Positions 19,639 to 27,451 of a stretch of 64,000 nucleotides of DNA are shown in pieces (the first letter of the stretch is position 1; each line of letters opens with the position of its first letter). Below the pieces are notes generated by a model. That model saw only the letters and a list, made by a program, of their open reading frames with translations. It was not told the DNA's origin and did not search any database. A program made the translations under genes and the position numbers. Source of the stretch: an uncultured bacterium (GTDB lineage: Bacteria > CSSED10-310); assembly GCA_964404285.1 (NCBI GenBank), contig CAYOJK010000001.1, positions 83,797 to 147,796 on the forward strand. Direction: 5' to 3'.

Positions 19639-20213
19639 TTCTTTCGTTTCCGGGTCGATGGATTTTGTAAAGCGGCAAGATAACCGGCCCGCGCTTCCGA
19701 GCGCATAAACCACATTATAGCTCCAATCAGCGCAGGACCGAATAGAAACAGAGCATCACAAAAACCGACCCCCTCATTTTTCTCATTTTTACCTGATCGC
19801 AGTGAATCAATTAGATCGATAAAATAACTTATGATCAGCGTTACTATAAGAAATTGCGCATACACATATTTTGTGAACAAAGCGATAAGCAGCAATATTC
19901 CAGTTGTGATTTTAGATTTCTTGCCCGTTCCCGCCGCCGCTAAAAGTGTCAATACCGTAATAAATGCGCCTTGCATTTCGAGCATCGGTTGTGCTGCGTA
20001 CAGTGTCATCATTGGGGAAGTGATAGACAGAACCAAGGCAATCAAACCGGCGGTCCACGCAGCTCCTGGCGCTGCACTCTTACGGGCCGCCCATATCGTC
20101 GCAGCGATTGTCCCCACCCAGAAAATCAACGACAATAAACGAGACGATAAAAAAGATGGACCGCCTATGAAAAATAAAACGGCAAGAATCCACGAATGAA
20201 GAAACGGCCACAA
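19623..20213 (-). CDS. hypothetical polytopic membrane protein
   Basis: 196-aa ORF with 5-6 hydrophobic helices and a TTG start; its stop lies inside the 60-bp repeat. There is no motif evidence. Confidence 0.35.
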   Translation of the reverse strand: MWPFLHSWILAVLFFIGGPSFLSSRLLSLIFWVGTIAATIWAARKSAAPGAAWTAGLIALVLSITSPMMTLYAAQPMLEMQGAFITVLTLLAAAGTGKKSKITTGILLLIALFTKYVYAQFLIVTLIISYFIDLIDSLRSGKNEKNEGVGFCDALFLFGPALIGAIMWFMRSEARAGYLAALQNPSTRKRKKCFRR

Positions 20214-20448
20214 ATTCTGCGATTTCGTGGCAATTACAAAAGCTCGAAAATCATGATTTTTTAGCGCTGATTAAATATTCAAACCATTAAGGCTATGGTC
20301 GGCTCCATCCCATGTCGGCGGCCCTTGCGTCAAAATGAGGGCTTTGTAATTTATCAAGCAGGTTATTGCGAGGATGCCTATTATTATGACCGAAATTAAT
20401 GATCTGTTTTTGTTTGCAATAGGGTTAAGACTAATCATTAGGCTTATG

Positions 20449-20925
20449 TTAATTTATCGAGACGAAAAGAGTCAGACCTTTAATAATAGCCGTTGCATCC
20501 AGTTCCAGGTTCACCTTCGAGGTTCCGTTCATGTCCGGTGCGTATTTCTGCAATCTTTCGAGGAGTTCCAGGTTGCTTACCGGCACATAAGAAGTCGAAA
20601 GTACGGCCCGACACTCGCGCCCGTCCATCCGGACCAAGAATTCCTTGTCCTGGGAGAGCTTTTGGAGCCATCGGTTCACGTTCTGCGCCCGAAGATCTAC
20701 GAGATCATCATCGCACCGCCGGAGGTATCCGGCCTGCACGCCGATCCGGTTCGCGAGCGTATTGAGGGCCTGGGATTGCAACGGCGATGAATTCATGAAT
20801 CCGCTTAACTTCATCGTGCCGTCCGGGTTCATCCGGATCTCGGATACTGGCAATGTCATGTCGAAGAACCGCTTTTCCCTTTCCCGCAACGTCTCGATTG
20901 CTTCAGATATGCTGATCAGTTTCAT
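20449..20925 (-). CDS. hypothetical protein (GC-rich mobile module), translationally coupled to the Cas4-like nuclease
   Basis: 158-aa ORF starting MKLISISEAIE with an AAAGGAGG RBS; its ATG overlaps the stop of the upstream nuclease gene. The six-frame ORF continues upstream to 21012. Confidence 0.55.
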   Translation of the reverse strand: MKLISISEAIETLREREKRFFDMTLPVSEIRMNPDGTMKLSGFMNSSPLQSQALNTLANRIGVQAGYLRRCDDDLVDLRAQNVNRWLQKLSQDKEFLVRMDGRECRAVLSTSYVPVSNLELLERLQKYAPDMNGTSKVNLELDATAIIKGLTLFVSIN

Positions 20926-21731
20926 GCTGCCACCTCCTTTACGTGGAACTGCCGCATCCCGGAATTTCCTTTCCATTCGATGCATTCCTGAAGATACTCG
21001 CAGTCCGTGCACATCCAGTTTGGCGTCGGGAAGAAGATCCCGGTGCAGATTCCCTGCAACACGGCATTCGCGACATTGAACAGCCGGACATAATCGCTTT
21101 CCGTCCGCTGCACCTTGAAGCTCACAATTCGCGTCTGCTTGGACTTCGTGATGTTGTCCAGCCTGATTCCCGGCTCGATCCGGTCGAACAAGTAGCGGAA
21201 CGCGTAGCTATACGCAGTGAGCTGAAGGCTGGCGTTCACCGTGCTCTCGTCCATGACACGCGCCGATGTCTTGTGCTCGACAATGGTATCGTCGGATTCC
21301 AGCAGGTCGATCACGCCCTTCAGATCCATGTCGAGTATTTCGCCAGTTTCCGGATTCACAAGTGGAATCCTAAACTCTACTTCTACGTCCAGCGGCTTTT
21401 TTTCCGGAAGATTCTCCATGTACTTGAGGATCATCCTCTGGCCGGTTTCGGTGAGTGAATCATGGTTCTGTCCGTCCTTGAACCGAACGTTTTGAAACTT
21501 CCATGCGTACCAGTCTGCCTTGAATATCCGGGCAACTTCTTCCTCGGAGATTTTCGGAGCATGATCTATCCGCCGGCGATGGAGCCACTCAAGCGCGGCA
21601 TGGAAAGAGCTTCCGAATGCCAGCGCAGCAGGCTTGAATTTCGGCTCGATCTCGTCGATGTAGGAAAACCTGTATTTCAAGCTGCACATCATATACAAGT
21701 TGATTTGGCTGACGCTGATGTAATCACGCAT
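20922..21731 (-). CDS. Cas4-like PD-(D/E)XK nuclease with Fe-S cysteine cluster (RecB-family exonuclease)
   Basis: The N-terminus has QINLYMMCSLKYRFSY (the Cas4 motif I region with the first Cys). The core has D...EHK, and the C-terminus has CTDCEYLQEC, so the four Cys spacing resembles the Cas4/AddB Fe-S cluster. AGGAGG RBS; the ATG at 21731 sits just downstream of a TTG. Confidence 0.7.
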   Translation of the reverse strand: MRDYISVSQINLYMMCSLKYRFSYIDEIEPKFKPAALAFGSSFHAALEWLHRRRIDHAPKISEEEVARIFKADWYAWKFQNVRFKDGQNHDSLTETGQRMILKYMENLPEKKPLDVEVEFRIPLVNPETGEILDMDLKGVIDLLESDDTIVEHKTSARVMDESTVNASLQLTAYSYAFRYLFDRIEPGIRLDNITKSKQTRIVSFKVQRTESDYVRLFNVANAVLQGICTGIFFPTPNWMCTDCEYLQECIEWKGNSGMRQFHVKEVAA

Positions 21732-21797
21732 CAATGCCTCCTTTCTGCTTGGCTGGCAGGGAAATTATCCCGTGCCAGCCCGTTTCGATGTTTGCGG

Positions 21798-22271
21798 TTA
21801 CGCCGCCTGCTTGACCATGTCGTCGATCAGCTTGCTCGCCTGGGACTTCGTCACGTCGTTGAGATCATTGACTTTGAGGATCTGGATCAGGGTCGAAAGT
21901 GCTTCGTCGCCCTCGATGCCCCTCTCAGCGAGCAGCCGGAACAGATAACGCCGCTGGGATTCGGTCATCGCGCCGTTCTTCTTCCCGCTGTTCTGTTCCC
22001 GCTTGAACTGGCTCGGAATAACGGAACCGTTGGAGCAGTTTCCCTTGTTCGCCTGGATGACGCTTTCCGGGAGTGTCGAAGCGGGTCTTCCGTTCCCGTT
22101 CGTCCGGCTCTCAAGCTGGCGGGACACGGCTGCTTCCGCCTCCTTGAACAGGTAATCCGCGACTTCCGCGATGTCGTTGAACTCGGTGTCGCATTCCATG
22201 GAGACCGTGAAGGTCTCGTTTTCGTAGTCTCCTGTGGAGACCTTCTTCGAGAAATTGGTCAGGATTCTCAT
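21798..22271 (-). CDS. hypothetical protein (GC-rich mobile module)
   Basis: 157-aa ORF with a strong AGGAGG RBS and no recognisable domain; co-oriented with the nuclease and replication-relaxation genes. Confidence 0.5.
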   Translation of the reverse strand: MRILTNFSKKVSTGDYENETFTVSMECDTEFNDIAEVADYLFKEAEAAVSRQLESRTNGNGRPASTLPESVIQANKGNCSNGSVIPSQFKREQNSGKKNGAMTESQRRYLFRLLAERGIEGDEALSTLIQILKVNDLNDVTKSQASKLIDDMVKQAA

Positions 22272-22607
22272 GGCTTTTACCTCCTTTCCTGACAGGTTCG
22301 GTTACACAGCTTTATTGCTGTCGATTGGGTTATTTATTTGTAAATGAGCGATATCACTCTGGTGATAGCCGATAAAGAAGTGTCCATGCTTGAAGTATGA
22401 ACGCCTCTTCAACGGCCTCCTGCAATCTGCCGGAAACCCATTTCTTGCCGGGAATCCGGCAGATCTGACGACTCTGGCAAGTTTCGGTCATTAAGGACGC
22501 ACTTATGGTGTTTCGGCGCCCCCAGGAAGCCCCAGGAGATTCCTCGCTGGCTCTCGGCAGCCTCTATTGATCCTGGCTTTCAAGAGTAAACGAGGAATGA
22601 CTCTGGA

Positions 22608-23522
22608 TCATTCGGGAATCAAAGCCATGGGACGGTCATAATCGCTGACAGCGCGATACCATATTGGCTCAAAGATGCTTGATGGATTTTCCAAGTTGAT
22701 TCTGTCGAAGGTCGTGAACCAGAAGAAGCCGCTGCCCCTTCCGGAATCGCTGGCCTTTATTGTCGTCCTGATGAGGTTACCCATCCTCCGGTCGTTGGTC
22801 GTGACCGTCAGCACTCGGAAATTCCGCACGCCGTATCTGTCGACATAACCCTTATGCTTCCACCATTCATAATACCCACGCTGCTTCAGCTTGAATTTCC
22901 GATGCCCGATGGTTCCCCTGTCGATCTCCACATACGCGCACATCCTGCCCTTGGGAGTCTGGATGCACATGAACCCGTCCGGAACCAACGGAACCCGAAC
23001 ATGGTGGCCTCTGTCATTTTCAATGAAAATGGTGTCGCCAACAGCCCGATCCTGCTTCCAGAACAGGAAGTCCAGATCTTCACGATCTCGGCATGCGGCA
23101 AGGATCGCTGCCCTGAAGTCGTTTCTTCTCAGCGTATGGTGAAGCAGGAAGTAGTAGTTACGGCTGGAATCCACCCTTGATACTTTTCCCGGTTCTATTC
23201 CGAGCTGTTCTGCAATCAATCTCCGGCCATGCGAGCCGACAACGTATATTGACGGGGGTGAACCTTCGCCAACGAATAACGGGAGATCAACTCGATCAAG
23301 CAATCTGTTTTGCCAGAGCAGGTAAAGCCTGATCCTGGCTGTTTGAAGGTTTGAGTTGATCATGAGCGCGACCTGCTTGGCCGTCGCGAACCTCAGCTCG
23401 GAGACGGATTTGACGATCTGGATGTCGCGCTCAGTTATTTTCATCCTCGGTGGGTTTACCGTGTCCCTCTTGAATCTTGATCTCCGCTTCTTTCTTCTTG
23501 TGAAAAGTGGGTTTCCATTCAT
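22608..23522 (-). CDS. replication-relaxation family protein (Replic_Relax, plasmid/ICE-type)
   Basis: 304-aa ORF. The N-terminal wHTH segment (ITERDIQIVKSVSELRFATAKQVALMI) and overall architecture match the replication-relaxation family. The start overlaps the stop of the upstream small ORF. Confidence 0.65.
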   Translation of the reverse strand: MNGNPLFTRRKKRRSRFKRDTVNPPRMKITERDIQIVKSVSELRFATAKQVALMINSNLQTARIRLYLLWQNRLLDRVDLPLFVGEGSPPSIYVVGSHGRRLIAEQLGIEPGKVSRVDSSRNYYFLLHHTLRRNDFRAAILAACRDREDLDFLFWKQDRAVGDTIFIENDRGHHVRVPLVPDGFMCIQTPKGRMCAYVEIDRGTIGHRKFKLKQRGYYEWWKHKGYVDRYGVRNFRVLTVTTNDRRMGNLIRTTIKASDSGRGSGFFWFTTFDRINLENPSSIFEPIWYRAVSDYDRPMALIPE

Positions 23523-23779
23523 TTTTCTGGATACCTTATGCCGAATGTCTTCGCGTAGAATTTCAGACGGGAGATGAATGAATCGGTTTTGGATCGAGGT
23601 ATGATCGCGATGCTGTTCGCCCTTTCGGTTTCCCTGAGCGCCATACGGATCAATGGCCGGGGAACATTCGAGACGATTTCAAGGAATTGCTTCCAATTCT
23701 TCTCATTGAGTTGCTTCGCCAGGCTTTTTGCTTGAATGCGTGAGATAATTGGATAGAATCGATTTCTTTTTTTTTTCAT
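23519..23779 (-). CDS. hypothetical small basic protein
   Basis: 86-aa ORF translationally coupled to the replication-relaxation gene. Confidence 0.4.
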   Translation of the reverse strand: MKKKRNRFYPIISRIQAKSLAKQLNEKNWKQFLEIVSNVPRPLIRMALRETERANSIAIIPRSKTDSFISRLKFYAKTFGIRYPEK

Positions 23780-23986
23780 TGTCGTTAGTTTTGTTTATCC
23801 ACAAGGAAATGTGGCTGATTAGTAAGGTTTTACGGCAATCAGAGTCGTCCGTTGTTTCTTACTGGAAGCAGTCCGTCGTTGCGTCTCGTAACTTCTAGTT
23901 CATAAATACTTGGTTCTAGTTTCTTCCAAGTGGCACCGGTCAGTGAAATCTTGGAACGGAAGCGGGTTCCGTGTAAAAGCTGTGGA

Positions 23987-24352
23987 CTATTGGCCTGTTT
24001 TTTCTTCCTTCTGGAAGTGGAAGATTGCGAGTCCAGAATGAGGCAGAATGCGGTAGTTAAGCGATGCGAACCGGCCGGACGGCGTTCGCTTTTTCTCAGC
24101 GATATCGATGATCGGCCTTCCGTTTAATCGGAATCTGCTGAGGGATCTTACACGATCCCAGGCTGACGTATGCGAAACCCCGATATCCCTCGCCAACCTT
24201 GCCTGCGATGGATTACATTTCCCGTCCTGGTTCATGTATGTTGCGAGAACGCACAAAGTCTTCCAGTCTCGGTCTGATATTGCCGAGAGCAGCCCGGACT
24301 TCCGGGCTTCTATGTAAAATTTGACGAATATTTTCTTGTTCTGGTCTTGCAT
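23987..24352 (-). CDS. helix-turn-helix DNA-binding protein
   Basis: 121-aa ORF with a wHTH-like segment (QARLARDIGVSHTSAWDRVRSL). Confidence 0.5.
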   Translation of the reverse strand: MQDQNKKIFVKFYIEARKSGLLSAISDRDWKTLCVLATYMNQDGKCNPSQARLARDIGVSHTSAWDRVRSLSRFRLNGRPIIDIAEKKRTPSGRFASLNYRILPHSGLAIFHFQKEEKTGQ

Positions 24353-24455
24353 GATTATTCGATCTGAGCGAATTAGATTACATAAATATTGCTCCGTAGA
24401 ATGGACGAATTATTTTTTCCATTCCAAGTGCGCATGGGTAGCGGTGTAGGACTTG

Positions 24456-24761
24456 CTAGCTGTTGGGCGGATGAGCTTTCTGAGCTGAAATATCTTCCGG
24501 TCGGAAGCCCTCCTGAATGAGTTCATCCCTAGCGTCCCGGGCAAGGTTCGGAAACAACTGGTCGATCCTGGCGTTAAGCAGGAACTGCAACTTCAGAGCG
24601 TTCTTGAGATTCGGCGACTTGAACCCGGTTTCCCAGTAGCCGATTGCCACGGCTGTCTTGTGACCGAGAAGGCTTGCCGCCTTCTTGCGGTTCAGTCCGC
24701 GCAGCTTTCTGACAAGCGCGACTTGGTTTGGAGGATTTGGTTTTATGGGTTTAGTATTCAT
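24456..24761 (-). CDS. XRE-family HTH transcriptional regulator
   Basis: 101-aa ORF with the HTH_3 signature (NRKKAASLLGHKTAVAIGYWETGFKSPNLKNALKL). Confidence 0.75.
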   Translation of the reverse strand: MNTKPIKPNPPNQVALVRKLRGLNRKKAASLLGHKTAVAIGYWETGFKSPNLKNALKLQFLLNARIDQLFPNLARDARDELIQEGFRPEDISAQKAHPPNS

Positions 24762-25082
24762 GGAGCATCCTCCGGATCTCCGGATTTATTAGGTCTCTTA
24801 ATCCTACCAACCTGTCCACAGATACGCTCCCAAAATTGTTTCCCATGAGAAAAAAACCGTCGATCAAAGACGATTCTTTTATCTAAACTATGCGATTTTC
24901 CATGTGGATAACTCGGTCTGAATGTACCTTGACCCGGTACGTGGTACGGGTATTGTACGTACGTTTCTTTTCATCCCGCGCAGGTATTTCCACCTCAAAT
25001 ACTTCCAAAGAGAAGCAAAGTTGCCTGATCTTGCCCGGTATCTCCGTTATGCTGGAAGCAGAAGTAACTTCCAGCAAACAAA

Positions 25083-25259
25083 ATGGAGATTTCAAAAAAG
25101 AAGCTTGAAGAATTCAAGCAAATTATCCGCGAAGACTACGGCCAGGAGCTTTCCGACAAGGAAGCATACCGGGTTGCCAACAAGGTGCTGACAATGTTCA
25201 GGATCATTTGCCAGCCCCAGCCTGAGGACTTCCGAAATAATCACAAACAAGATGCCTAA
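25083..25259 (+). CDS. small ORF (58 aa) overlapping the serine recombinase start; candidate accessory/directionality factor
   Basis: The ATG at 25083 reads through to a TAA at 25257-25259, which overlaps the recombinase ATG at 25252. The product is MEISKKKLEEFKQIIREDYGQELSDKEAYRVANKVL.... It is below the 60-aa cutoff of the supplied track and has no clear RBS. Confidence 0.3.
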   Translation: MEISKKKLEEFKQIIREDYGQELSDKEAYRVANKVLTMFRIICQPQPEDFRNNHKQDA

Positions 25260-26829
25260 ATATTTCGTTTACACGCGCAAATCGACCGAATCGGAGGACA
25301 AACAAGTCCTATCCCTGGAATCCCAGCAAAAAGAGCTGGATAGTTTTGTCGAGCGAGAGAAACTGGAAGTCGTGGAATATATCGAGGGTGAATCGAAGAG
25401 CGCGAAGCAGCCTGGAAGGCCGATTTTCGACAAAATGATCAAGCGGATCGAGAAAGGAGAAGCTGACGGGATCATTGCCTGGCATCCGGATCGGCTTGCT
25501 AGAAATTCCGTTGACGGCGGGAAAATTATTTATCTGCTCGATACAGGCAAGCTGAAAGAGCTGAAATTTCCGACGTACCGTTTCGAGAACGACTCCCAGG
25601 GAAAGTTCATGCTTAACCTGATCTTCGGCCAGTCGAAGTATTACGTTGACAGCCTGAGCGAGAACGTAAGGCGTGGAAACAAAACGAAGCTCGAAAAAGG
25701 CTGGCTTCCGGGCGTCGCGCCCATGGGATACCTGAACGATGTAAAAAACAAGACAATCGTGAAAGATCCAGAAAGGTTTCGGCTGATCAGAAAGATGTGG
25801 AATATGCTGCTTTCCGGCGCGTATTCCGTCCCTGAGATCCACCGGATAGCCTGCGATGACTGGGGCTTTAAGACGAAGAAGTTCAAGCGGACAGGCGGCA
25901 AGGAAATCAGTCGGAGCATGATTTATAGGCTGTTTGAGAATCCATTCTATTACGGGCTGATCAGACGCAATGGCGACACATACCAGGGAGCGCATGAACC
26001 GATGGTGACACTCGCCGAGTTCGAGCGAGTGCAGAGATTACTCGGAAGGGATGAACGTCCAAGATATGAAAAACATGATTTCGCTTATACAGGAATGATC
26101 CGGTGCGCCGAATGCGGTTGTCAGATTACCGCGAGCAATCACAAAAATCGGTTCGGATCTCGGTATATCTATTACCACTGTACAAAACGAAAAAAAGGAG
26201 CCAAATGCTCCCAAAAATATGTGCGATTAGAGGAATTGGAACGGCAGATCCTAAAAATACTGGACGATATTACGATTTCCGATCAGGTCAAGGATTGGGC
26301 TATCCAGTATCTGCGAGAGAAAAATGACAGCGAGATTATTGACCGACAGCAGATATTCAAAGCCCAGCAACGAGCTTATGCAGCCTGCCAGAAGCAACTT
26401 GACGAACTAACCCGGATGCGCCTGAGAGATCAGGTGAACGATTCAGAATATGCCTCCATGAAAAAGGAACTTTTATCGGAACTGATCAGCCTAAAAGAAA
26501 AATTGACCGATACGGAGCATCGGGCGAGTAGATGGTTTGAACTTTCAGAGAAGGCGTTTATATTCGCGAATGAAGCGAAAAAACGGTTCGAGACCGGATC
26601 ATTCAATCAAAAACGGGAAATTGTCCAATCTCTCGGTTTGAACTTTTCATTGAAGGACGGAAAACTGCATGTACAACTGGAAATTCCGTACCTCATAATA
26701 TCGAAAAAACCTAAAAATCGCAGTTGGCAGGCCACAGTAGACATAATCGGAACCTTTTTTCGTAAATTGGACGGTGATTTCCATATTCCAACTTGGACTT
26801 CTGAAAATGAGTCCGCAATCACCCCTTAG
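25252..26829 (+). CDS. large serine recombinase (resolvase/invertase N-domain + recombinase + zinc-ribbon domains)
   Basis: 525-aa ORF with the N-terminal catalytic domain YTRKSTESEDKQVLSLESQ (Ser nucleophile), a DRLAR motif and a central recombinase domain. A Cys pair (CAECGC...HCTKRK) is followed by a coiled coil. Confidence 0.9.
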   Translation: MPKYFVYTRKSTESEDKQVLSLESQQKELDSFVEREKLEVVEYIEGESKSAKQPGRPIFDKMIKRIEKGEADGIIAWHPDRLARNSVDGGKIIYLLDTGKLKELKFPTYRFENDSQGKFMLNLIFGQSKYYVDSLSENVRRGNKTKLEKGWLPGVAPMGYLNDVKNKTIVKDPERFRLIRKMWNMLLSGAYSVPEIHRIACDDWGFKTKKFKRTGGKEISRSMIYRLFENPFYYGLIRRNGDTYQGAHEPMVTLAEFERVQRLLGRDERPRYEKHDFAYTGMIRCAECGCQITASNHKNRFGSRYIYYHCTKRKKGAKCSQKYVRLEELERQILKILDDITISDQVKDWAIQYLREKNDSEIIDRQQIFKAQQRAYAACQKQLDELTRMRLRDQVNDSEYASMKKELLSELISLKEKLTDTEHRASRWFELSEKAFIFANEAKKRFETGSFNQKREIVQSLGLNFSLKDGKLHVQLEIPYLIISKKPKNRSWQATVDIIGTFFRKLDGDFHIPTWTSENESAITP

Positions 26830-26947
26830 GCTTCGTAAGTATAATAGCAGCGGATTAATTAGCTGGCAATGAACACCACTTCCCCTGAGAAGTATTTGTG
26901 GGGATAAAATCTGAATATTTCATCCTCTTTTGATCCTCCTGGGTTTG

Positions 26948-27451
26948 TCATTTCTTCAGATGGAAGACTGTTGTAGCAACTATTGGGTCTATGCAAGGAG
27001 TTGTCTTATATTCATTTAGATTTGTTTTGTCCACCTTTTCTGGCATTTTATATGCTGGTAACGTGAACTTGAGTTCATAGTCACCTTCTGGAAGCTCAAA
27101 GTCTTTTAAGTTTATAGTCTTTTGGCAAACAAGATAACTTGAGCTTGGCAGATAGAAGAAAGTCCTTCCCATTGGGAAATGCACATCTGTAACAAGGAAT
27201 CCTTTGTTAATTGCCGGATCATCTAGTTTGACAAAATGATAAGGTATGTCAGAGCCTACTCTTTCCAAGATCTTATCATCGAGAATACAACCCTCGGCAT
27301 CATCTGCACACATCAATTTAAGATTAATCTGCATTTCTTCACATTCATAAAATGTCTTTTTCTCCAGTTCGATTTCCATCTTTACCTGGCTATATGCAAT
27401 TTGGTGGAACATGAAAAAAACGGATAGTATCGTTAAATGTGACAATCTCAT
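26948..27451 (-). CDS. secreted small protein, candidate immunity protein for the RHS C-terminal metallopeptidase toxin
   Basis: 167-aa ORF with a signal-peptide-like N-terminus (MRLSHLTILSVFFMFHQIAYSQ). Its ATG overlaps the RHS stop codon (ATGA), indicating translational coupling. Confidence 0.5.
   Translation of the reverse strand: MRLSHLTILSVFFMFHQIAYSQVKMEIELEKKTFYECEEMQINLKLMCADDAEGCILDDKILERVGSDIPYHFVKLDDPAINKGFLVTDVHFPMGRTFFYLPSSSYLVCQKTINLKDFELPEGDYELKFTLPAYKMPEKVDKTNLNEYKTTPCIDPIVATTVFHLKK

Noticed and set aside
20374-22292. Long plus-strand ORFs (20374-20790, 20493-20765, 20645-21079, 20943-21458, 21241-21495, 21462-22292) overlapping the minus-strand genes of the GC-rich module
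   Set aside because: They are consistent with stop-codon-poor shadow frames of high-GC DNA. They lack RBSs and motifs, and they overlap better-supported, translationally coupled minus-strand genes.
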